A DNA stretch of 39,832 nt, from positions 1-39,832 of the forward strand of contig CANRLP010000003.1 of assembly GCA_947631515.1 (NCBI GenBank). Direction: 5' to 3'. A program made the position numbers and the translations under genes. Positions 28,840 to 36,310 of this stretch are shown in pieces. Each line of letters opens with the position of its first letter. Position 1 is the stretch's first letter. The notes under the pieces are model-generated. The model was not told the origin of the DNA and made no database searches. It worked only from the letters and a program-made list of their open reading frames with translations. This DNA is from an uncultured Bacilli bacterium. GTDB taxonomy: Bacteria; Bacillota_I; Bacilli_A; RF39; UBA660.

Positions 28840-29922
28840 ATGGAAAGAAAAATAAAAGTTGCTCAAATCGGTTGTGGTAAAATGAGCAAATATACTATGC
28901 GATATGTTTATGAGAAAGAAGCCGAAATTGTTTTAGCTTTTGATGTTAATGAAGAAGTTATTGGTAAAGATATTGGGGAAATTATCGGAACTGATAAAAA
29001 AGGTGTTTTAGTTTTAAATGCTAATTCTTTAGAAGAAAATTTAAAAAGTGTTAAACCCGATATTGCAATTGTAACAACAATGAGTTTATTAAATGATTTA
29101 GAAGATGTTTTAAGAATTTGTGCTCGTAGTGGCGTTAATGTTATTACAACTTGTGAAGAAGCATTTTTTGCCAGTAATTCTAATCCTACTTTATATCATG
29201 AACTTGATAGTATTGCCAAAGCTAATAATGTAACAATTACAGGTTGTGGCTACCAAGATATATTTTGGGGTGGTTTAATTAGTAATTTAGCATCTTCTAC
29301 TCATAAAATTGTTAAAATTAAGGGTAGTAGTTCTTATAATGTTGAAGATTATGGAATAGCTTTAGCTAAAGCTCATGGAACAGGTTTGTCTTTAGAAGAG
29401 TTCGATAAAGAAGTAGCTAGTGTAGATAGAATTGGTGAAGAAGAAAGGACTAAATTAATAGAAAGTCGCCAATATTCACCAAGTTATATGTGGAATGTAG
29501 CTGGTTGGCTTGTCGATAAGTTAGGTTTGCATTTAACAAGTATCAATCAAAAATGTGTTCCAATGACTCATGATGAAGATATTTATTCTAGTACTCTTGA
29601 TATGACTATTAAAGCTGGTGATGCAACAGGTATGAGTGCAGTAGTTACAGCTTTAACAGAAGAGGGAATTACAATCGAAGCAGAGTGTATTGGTAAAGTT
29701 TATAGCCAAGAAGAATTTGATGTTAATGAATGGACAATTATTGGAGAACCTAATACTACGATGGTAATTAATAAGCCTTGTACAGTAGAGCTTACTTGTG
29801 CAGATATTGTTAATCGAATACCAGATGTTATTAATGCGCGTAGTGGATTTGTACCAACAAGCCAAATGCCAGAGTTAAAATATCGAGTAAAAGATTTAAA
29901 TTGTTATGTAAATGAAAAATAG
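28840..29922 (+). CDS. dihydrodipicolinate-reductase-like NAD(P)-dependent oxidoreductase (2,4-diaminopentanoate dehydrogenase-like family)
   Basis: IKVAQIGCGKM Rossmann motif, IGKDIGE, GVNVITTCEE, TITGCG, VNRIPDVINA..G. Start moved from 28807 to ATG 28840. Confidence 0.75.
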   Translation: MERKIKVAQIGCGKMSKYTMRYVYEKEAEIVLAFDVNEEVIGKDIGEIIGTDKKGVLVLNANSLEENLKSVKPDIAIVTTMSLLNDLEDVLRICARSGVNVITTCEEAFFASNSNPTLYHELDSIAKANNVTITGCGYQDIFWGGLISNLASSTHKIVKIKGSSSYNVEDYGIALAKAHGTGLSLEEFDKEVASVDRIGEEERTKLIESRQYSPSYMWNVAGWLVDKLGLHLTSINQKCVPMTHDEDIYSSTLDMTIKAGDATGMSAVVTALTEEGITIEAECIGKVYSQEEFDVNEWTIIGEPNTTMVINKPCTVELTCADIVNRIPDVINARSGFVPTSQMPELKYRVKDLNCYVNEK

Positions 29923-29946
29923 TTCTTGATTTTAAGAACTATTTTT
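29915..29946. terminator. bidirectional terminator
   Basis: AAAAATAGTTCTT-N6-AAGAACTATTTTT between convergent genes. Confidence 0.75.
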
Positions 29947-30161
29947 TAACGTTTATTAATTACAGCTCGAAAGATTAATATTAGAACGAAAGCCCCAATA
30001 GCTATACAAAAAACAGTTAAGACGTCATCGGACATAAATCGATTTAAAAAATTATGTATATCAGCTAAAATATTAGTAAAATCGTTTTTAACATCGTGAA
30101 TAAAACTTTTAAATTCTCGAGTAAATGTTTCCAAAAAATTAGCTGTCAACATAATTTCCAC
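29946..30161 (-). CDS. small membrane protein (C-terminal TM helix)
   Basis: Amphipathic N-terminal part plus VLTVFCIAIGAFVLILIF; AGGAAG upstream. The start may be ATG 30152. Confidence 0.6.
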   Translation of the reverse strand: MEIMLTANFLETFTREFKSFIHDVKNDFTNILADIHNFLNRFMSDDVLTVFCIAIGAFVLILIFRAVINKR

Positions 30162-30227
30162 TTCCTAATTACATTATAATATAGTCTTGCATTTTATTCA
30201 ATTATTTGTTATTCTATTACTACATAT

Positions 30228-30304
30228 GGCGGAATTGGTGAAGTGGTTAACACGCCGGATTGTGGCTCCGGTATGCATGAGTTCGATCCTCATATTTCGC
30301 CCCA
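30228..30304 (+). tRNA. tRNA-His (GTG)
   Basis: Encoded G-1 opposite C73, acceptor GCGGAAT/ATTTCGC, anticodon arm CCGGA-TTGTGGC-TCCGG, T arm ATGAG-TTCGATC-CTCAT, CCA. Promoter TTGCAT-N17-TATTCT at 30187-30215. Confidence 0.96.
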
Positions 30305-30316
30305 TAAAAGGTGATA

Positions 30317-30357
30317 AAAGCTTATAATGGAAATTATTATGAGCTTTTCTTTTTTTT
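30317..30357 (+). terminator. terminator after tRNA-His
   Basis: AAAAGCTTATAAT...ATTATGAGCTTTT followed by a T run. Confidence 0.65.
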
Positions 30358-30681
30358 AAGAGTTAAATTTCTATGTTTGATAAAAAAGTTATGCAAAGTT
30401 CCTTTTGGAAAAAATGTTAATGATCGTAAAATTGCTGATACTCTTCCATGCCAAAGAATTCTATAAAGTTAAAAATGATGATTGAGTTAGTAAAATAAAG
30501 CAAATCGTGAAAAAGTATTGACTTAACCAATTAAAATGGTGTAATAAAAGCACTTTAGATTGTTGCAGGTGTATTTATACACTTGGTAGAGTTTTTTTCA
30601 AAAGGAAGAGTTTATCTCTTCTTTTTGCTTTATATATTTGTGTTGCAATATAAATTTGACTATAAATGATGTAGATATTAT

Positions 30682-30885
30682 TTAAATGTCTTCATCAAAT
30701 TCAGAGTCATCTATTGTTCTTTCATTCCAATCTTCTTTAAGCCATTCAAAATAATCCAATATTTCTTTTTCTGTCTTTAATTTTTTTTCTTTTATTGTAT
30801 TTAATAAAATTTCAATACATTCATCATCAATATCCTCATTTTTAAAATGATCTTTAATCATCTTTATCATTTTTGAGTCTTTCAT
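30682..30885 (-). CDS. small acidic hypothetical protein
   Basis: Start moved from 30909 to ATG 30885 behind RBS AAGGAG. A hairpin at 30601-30626 lies downstream. Confidence 0.6.
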   Translation of the reverse strand: MKDSKMIKMIKDHFKNEDIDDECIEILLNTIKEKKLKTEKEILDYFEWLKEDWNERTIDDSEFDEDI

Positions 30886-31179
30886 ATTTCTATCTCCTTG
30901 TTTTAGCAAACTTTGAAATTATTTTATGTCTTTTATCTATGATATTCAAGTTTTTTTCTATAAATAGAAATTTCTTCCTACTTGTGTACCTATTTCTAAA
31001 TTATAATAAATTAAATGTTCTTTTTCTTATTAGATTTTAAAATTTTTTAAAATATTCTTTTTCAAATATAGGATTTTGCGAATGTGATACGATAAAAGTA
31101 TGCATAATAGTTATTCAAATCAAATTAAAAATGCTATAATTGATATAGCACGTCAGAAAAATTAATTGGAGATGTCATT

Positions 31180-31716
31180 ATGAATAATGAATTAAATGAT
31201 TTTTATAACAAAATTTTGAATATTAGAAAAACGAGTAACATTGCAGAAAAAATCGGAGAAATTGTTACATCAGTTAAAAAAGAAATTTTAAATTTTACGG
31301 CAGATTATAGTGGTTTATGTAAATTAGCATCCCACAATATTGGCGACTCCCTAAATAATTTAGGAATTCAAAATAAAGTTATAAATACAAGAGATTTATT
31401 TGGCAATGAAGTTTATGAACACGAGTTTATTATTTGTTATTTTTATGAAAATGGGATGAATTATGTGCTTATTGATACAACTTTTTCGCAATTTGTTTTT
31501 AATGGTAAAACTTTAAATAATTATGCTTTAAAGAAGTGGCCTAGTGAAGTATTAAGTGCTTAAGAAAATGGTCAAGATCTTTTAGAACAATTGCTAGAAA
31601 AAGGCTATACTTTTATAGATAATCAAAAATTAAAATTATATTTTAATAGTTTTGGGATTAATTGCCATGAATTAACCATAGAATCTTTACTGGAAAGTAA
31701 TCAAAAAAAATTATAA
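31180..31716 (+). pseudogene. papain/transglutaminase-like (Cys-His-Asp) protein interrupted by an in-frame TAA
   Basis: GLCKLAS...EHEFII...VLIDTTFSQF. TAA at 31561-31563 is followed in frame by 50 more sense codons (ENGQDLLEQLLEKGYTFID...) ending at TAA 31714-31716. Confidence 0.6.
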
Positions 31717-31767
31717 ACATCAAGTTTATTAAATTATATTGTCATGTTAAAATATTAATGGAAGTGA

Positions 31768-32340
31768 TTGTTTATGAATAATGCCCGAGAGCAATGGAAA
31801 GAAAAAGTTAATAAAGTTAAAGTCAAGAGAATTAGATTTATACTAACATATTTAGTTGGCCTAATTGCTTTAGATATCTTTTTATATTTTTTTGGGTATG
31901 ATTCAACAATTACTGAAGAAGAAAAATTACTGAATATAATTATGGGTAGTGTTTCTATTTTTATAATCGTCCTAATTGCTTCAAATTATATATATAAAAA
32001 ACCTAAATATTATCCACCTTGTCCCGGATGTGGGAAGATAATTTATAATATAGAAAAAGATTGTCTAAAAAAAATAGAATATCTTGGTACACAAGATAAA
32101 ACTATTTATGAAAAATTAGAATCGACGATTGATGGAAAAACAGTTTATCCAAGAGGTGGATACTCCATGCGTAATCGTGTTTTGGAACATGAAAGTAATT
32201 CGACTTATCAAATGAAATACAGCGTACCTTTAATAAAACGTTACCATATTTATAATGTTAAATATTTATGTAGTGATTGCAACACATTAATTTTTAAAAG
32301 GAAATTAGAAAGTTTAGAACCTTTAGATATTAATGATTAA
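31768..32340 (+). CDS. two-TM membrane protein with split zinc-ribbon
   Basis: Two hydrophobic helices, then CPGC ... CSDC. Confidence 0.7.
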   Translation: MFMNNAREQWKEKVNKVKVKRIRFILTYLVGLIALDIFLYFFGYDSTITEEEKLLNIIMGSVSIFIIVLIASNYIYKKPKYYPPCPGCGKIIYNIEKDCLKKIEYLGTQDKTIYEKLESTIDGKTVYPRGGYSMRNRVLEHESNSTYQMKYSVPLIKRYHIYNVKYLCSDCNTLIFKRKLESLEPLDIND

Positions 32341-33875
32341 ATAAATTCATTATATTCGTTTTGTTTATTTAAATTATTTTGATATTCATTAATTACTAAG
32401 TTCGATGTAGTAAGGAGCATGCTAGCAATAGAGCAGGCATTCATTATACTATTTAAGATTACTTCTGTAGAATCTATTACAGAAGTTTCTTTTTTATTTT
32501 CATATTTATTTAAAGATACATTATATAATATTTTGTAATTATTCTTTTTAATTTCCTTCAAAATTTCTTGATCATTTAAAGCAGCATTTTTTAATATTTG
32601 AATAAATGGTTTATCTAACGAATTTTTAAGAATTTCATCACCATCAGATTCAATGTTTAATTCTTCTTTGATTTCAAGTAAAGTAATTCCACTACCAGGT
32701 ACTATTCCTTTTTTAGCTACGTTTAGAGAGCACAATGCATCTTGATATCGCATATGTTTTTCTCTTATTTCTGTTTCTGTTAAACCACCAATTTTTATTT
32801 CTGCTAAACCATTAGTAAACATTGCTAATCTTTTTTTGCTATATTCTGTTTCATCTTTTTTTATATTTTTCTTATATAACTTTATATTTTCATTAGAAGT
32901 AAATTGCAATGTTGTTTTTTCCTTTGTTATTTCTACATGTTCACACAGTCCTAGGGAAAGTCTATTGAGATTTGTTTTAGAAAATCTAGCTTTAGCATTA
33001 GTAATAATTGAAATATCTTCTAAAAAAGTATAAGAGTTTTCTCCATACAAGGGATTTTTTAATAAAATAATTTGAGCGGTGTTATTTAAATATAAAGATA
33101 AAATAGATTGAATAAAATCTTCACTATAATCATTAGCAATTATAATTAAATTGGTTTGTTTTGCTATTATTTCGTTTAAAATTTCAGCTATTTCTTCTAA
33201 ATCATTTATTTCCTGGTTAGAAATTAATATTTTACTATTATTAAAACTTATTTTTTCCTTTTTTAAAAAATAAGGTGAAGCAAGCAAAGTTTCAAAACGA
33301 TATCCTTTGTAAAAATTTACTTCGGTTTTATTAGTATTATTATCAATAAGTTTTATGGCTGCGGTATCTTTAACTGTTATAAATGTATTGGTAAGTATTT
33401 CTCCTATTTTAGGATCGTTACTAGAAATACTAGCAATTTTAAATAAGTCATCTTTTGCAGGAATTCTATTTTTTTCTTTAATTAAAGCTATAACTTTTTT
33501 TAAAGAGTTATCAAGTTCATTTTTTAATATCATTGCTTTTTTGCCATTTTTAATTTTTTCTAAGCCATCTAAAAAGATAGATTCAAGTAAAACTAAAGTA
33601 GTGGTTGTGCCATCTCCAACAGTTTCATCGGTTTTAATGGCTGCTTCTTTGGCAAGTTCTAAAATAGTGTTGATAACTGAATCATCACTTTCAATATTTT
33701 TGGCAATAGTTACTCCATCATTGGTAATGAAAGGAGAAAAAGTAGAATGATCAATTATAGTATTATTTCCAACTGGACCTAAAGTTGTTTTAACTGTATC
33801 ACAAAGAAGAGTAATAGCTTCTTGCATTTTTTCTTGTAGTTCTGTGCCACTAACTATTTTTTTCAATCTCATCAC
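32337..33875 (-). CDS. divergent GroEL/Cpn60-family chaperonin paralog
   Basis: VKTTLGP, ITNDGVTIAK, VGDGTTT, RYQDAL (catalytic Asp equivalent), GIVPGSG, VIDS. The apical domain is divergent and shortened, there is no GGM tail, and no groES is adjacent. Confidence 0.85.
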   Translation of the reverse strand: MMRLKKIVSGTELQEKMQEAITLLCDTVKTTLGPVGNNTIIDHSTFSPFITNDGVTIAKNIESDDSVINTILELAKEAAIKTDETVGDGTTTTLVLLESIFLDGLEKIKNGKKAMILKNELDNSLKKVIALIKEKNRIPAKDDLFKIASISSNDPKIGEILTNTFITVKDTAAIKLIDNNTNKTEVNFYKGYRFETLLASPYFLKKEKISFNNSKILISNQEINDLEEIAEILNEIIAKQTNLIIIANDYSEDFIQSILSLYLNNTAQIILLKNPLYGENSYTFLEDISIITNAKARFSKTNLNRLSLGLCEHVEITKEKTTLQFTSNENIKLYKKNIKKDETEYSKKRLAMFTNGLAEIKIGGLTETEIREKHMRYQDALCSLNVAKKGIVPGSGITLLEIKEELNIESDGDEILKNSLDKPFIQILKNAALNDQEILKEIKKNNYKILYNVSLNKYENKKETSVIDSTEVILNSIMNACSIASMLLTTSNLVINEYQNNLNKQNEYNEFI

Positions 33876-34614
33876 TCATTTCTAACATATTTTTCCAATA
33901 TTTTTTGGGCATAAAATTCATTCGGCATCGGTCATTTTTTCGCTCAGCAATACCAATTGTTTTATAAAAATTTTTCCATAATTTTTCAATTTCTTCATTT
34001 TCGCAAGTTGCCTCTATACTATCCATCTTAAAATTATTGTTATCAATAATATAAAAATTATGTTTATCATAAAGACTTAAAATTTTATGATTAGTATCTT
34101 TAATAATCCAATATTCATTTTTTAATCTATTTTTAAAATGATTACTTAAAATATCTAAAACGTCATTTTCGGGAGCAATTTCAGCATATAAAATATGATT
34201 TTTTAATTCTTTAAATCTTGTAAAACCTTTAAATTTATGCGTTTCATTAATTACTTGATGACTAATTTTTAAAGCTTTATTGACACAATTTAAGTTGCGT
34301 AGATAAAAAATTTTGTTTTGATATTTTAAAGAGTTTAATAAGAAATAATAAATTATTAATTCTTTTTCAGAATTATTAGATAGAAAAATATAATATGTAG
34401 TTTTTATAATTTCTTTTGAAGTTTTAGAAGTCCAAAAATTCATAATGTTTTTTTCCTCTATTTTAGGATTAACAATTGTATCTAAAAGCGTAGGTGAATA
34501 ATTAAGATTTTTAATATCTAAAGGTTTTATTTTATTTTTTATTAGCAATTTAATTAAAGAAAGCAAAGAAGTAAAAGTATTTTCGTAAATATAAATAGAT
34601 TCTGTTTGTTTCAT
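33850..34614 (-). CDS. TIGR03915/DUF4130 putative DNA repair protein
   Basis: ETHKFKGFTRF, YAEIAPENDVL..L..HF.NR, WIIKD, LWKNFYKTIGIAERKN.R..MNFMPKKYWKNMLE. Confidence 0.88.
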   Translation of the reverse strand: MKQTESIYIYENTFTSLLSLIKLLIKNKIKPLDIKNLNYSPTLLDTIVNPKIEEKNIMNFWTSKTSKEIIKTTYYIFLSNNSEKELIIYYFLLNSLKYQNKIFYLRNLNCVNKALKISHQVINETHKFKGFTRFKELKNHILYAEIAPENDVLDILSNHFKNRLKNEYWIIKDTNHKILSLYDKHNFYIIDNNNFKMDSIEATCENEEIEKLWKNFYKTIGIAERKNDRCRMNFMPKKYWKNMLEMSDEIEKNS

Positions 34615-35822
34615 TCAAAAAGACTTAGTTGTTTATTAGTATTATTTATATGTTCTTTATCTTCTAAAACTAAATTGCTTTCAATAAATTTTTTTTCAAA
34701 GTATTCAGGATTAATAAAATACTTATGATTACATGTTATAAAATATTTGGCGCGTTTTAAGACTACTCCCATATTTTTTAAGTCTTTAAATTGGAGGGTA
34801 AAAATTTTTCTTGATGAAACAATTCTTTTGGCTGATTTAATACCTATACCTGGAATTTTTAGTAATTCTTTATAAGAACAAGTATTTATTTCTTTAGGGA
34901 ATTCATTTAAATGCCTTAAAGCAAAGTCAGATTTAGGATCGATCAAGATGTTAAAATTGGGATTGTTATTATCTAAAAGATCTTGAGTTTTAAATCCATA
35001 ATAGCGAAGTAACCAATCAGCTTGATAAAGCCTGTTTTCTCGTTTTAATGGTGGTACCATTAAGCTTGGCAATAATTTATCTTTGTTAACGGGTATATAA
35101 GCTGAATAAAAGACCCGTTTTAATTGATATTTATGATATAAATATTCACTTTTACTAATTATGTCTTTATCTGTTTCTTTGGTTGCTCCAATAATCATTT
35201 GCGTACTTTGACCTGCGGGAACATATGAAATATTTTTATTATCTTTTACATATTGCATAATCTTAGTTACTTTACTTGTTTCTTTATTGGGAGCCAATAA
35301 TTTTAATCCAGACTCCGTAGGAAGTTCGATATTGGCACTCAATTTATCTACCAAAGAACCTAACTTTTTTAAAGAAGCGGCACTGGCCCCTGGTATAGCT
35401 TTGGCATGAATATAACCTCCAAAATGATATTTATGACGCAATAATTCCATTGTTTTAATCAATAAATTCATAGTATAGTCGGGGCTTTTAATAATCCCGG
35501 AACTTAAAAATAATCCTTCAATATAATTTCTTTTATAAAAGTTAATGGTAATTTTGGCTATCTCCTCTGGGGTAAAAATAGCACGCTTTATTGTATTACT
35601 TTTCCGATTTAAACAATATTTACAATCAAAAATACAGCAATTAGTTAGCAATATTTTTAATAGCGAAATACATCTTCCATCGGAGGCAAAAGAATGACAA
35701 ATACCCGAATAGGCGGTATTACCAATACCATCTTTACTTTTTCTTATACTACCACTTGAAGAGCAGGAAGCATCATATTTAGCACTATCAGCTAGAATCT
35801 TTAATTTTTCTTGGATATTCAT
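34611..35822 (-). CDS. putative DNA modification/repair radical SAM protein (TIGR03916) with C-terminal HhH
   Basis: KLKILADSAKYDASCSSSG, GICHSFASDGRCISLLKILLTN, CIFDCKYC (CxxxCxxC), PAGQSTQMIIG, RENRLYQADWLLRYYGF, LLKIPGIG. Start moved from 35834 to ATG 35822. Confidence 0.93.
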   Translation of the reverse strand: MNIQEKLKILADSAKYDASCSSSGSIRKSKDGIGNTAYSGICHSFASDGRCISLLKILLTNCCIFDCKYCLNRKSNTIKRAIFTPEEIAKITINFYKRNYIEGLFLSSGIIKSPDYTMNLLIKTMELLRHKYHFGGYIHAKAIPGASAASLKKLGSLVDKLSANIELPTESGLKLLAPNKETSKVTKIMQYVKDNKNISYVPAGQSTQMIIGATKETDKDIISKSEYLYHKYQLKRVFYSAYIPVNKDKLLPSLMVPPLKRENRLYQADWLLRYYGFKTQDLLDNNNPNFNILIDPKSDFALRHLNEFPKEINTCSYKELLKIPGIGIKSAKRIVSSRKIFTLQFKDLKNMGVVLKRAKYFITCNHKYFINPEYFEKKFIESNLVLEDKEHINNTNKQLSLFE

Positions 35823-35865
35823 AATGATCACCAAAATATAGTATACTATAAAATTTCAAAAAAAT

Positions 35866-35879
35866 AAAACAATTGTTCG
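35866..35879 (-). promoter_or_regulatory. putative LexA (Cheo/SOS) box
   Basis: Minus strand CGAACAATTGTTTT fits the Firmicutes GAAC-N4-GTTY consensus and lies about 45 nt upstream of the radical SAM start, over the likely -35. Confidence 0.6.
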
Positions 35880-35946
35880 TCAGTTTTTACTGCCAATTTA
35901 TGTCAACGTTTGTGTGTATATGACTAAAAAGTATGTTGAAAATATG

Positions 35947-35984
35947 AAAAAAATAATCATCAAGAATATATTTATGATGATTAT
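35947..35984 (-). terminator. Rho-independent terminator for the repeat-protein operon
   Basis: ATAATCATCA-N12-TGATGATTAT, followed by a T run on the minus strand. Confidence 0.6.
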
Positions 35985-36025
35985 CGTATTGGTAGGTAAG
36001 CCAAAGATCATCTTAACATCTAAAA

Positions 36026-36310
36026 TTAAATTTCGTACATAATCTCAATTAAAGATGTATCTTCTCCTAATTTATCTAAAAATTCTTCACCTAAGACTTT
36101 TTTTAAATGTTCAAATTTTTTTATAAATATTTCGTTCGGATATAAAAATAAGTCTAATGAATTTAAAAATAAATCTTTAGCGTAATATATGCCATTATTA
36201 TTTAAATAAGCAAAAATTTTATATATATTTTCAGGATTTATTTGCTTTATCAAATCTTCATCAAAATTTTCTTTTAAAATTTTTATATCTATCTCATTTA
36301 ATTCAATCAT
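36026..36310 (-). CDS. small helical hypothetical protein coupled to the repeat protein
   Basis: ATGA overlap with the upstream gene. ENIYKIFAYLNNNGI...DLFLNSLDLFLYP resembles a single mTERF-like unit (by eye). Confidence 0.75.
   Translation of the reverse strand: MIELNEIDIKILKENFDEDLIKQINPENIYKIFAYLNNNGIYYAKDLFLNSLDLFLYPNEIFIKKFEHLKKVLGEEFLDKLGEDTSLIEIMYEI

Noticed and set aside
31098-31127. Third SigG-like motif GTATG-N18-CAAATTA
   Set aside because: It is a poorer match, and a sigma-A extended -10 immediately downstream already explains the promoter.
31561-31563. Stop-codon reassignment explaining the in-frame TAA
   Set aside because: TAA terminates most conserved genes here (gltX, cysS, pheS) and TGA also acts as a stop, so the standard code applies.
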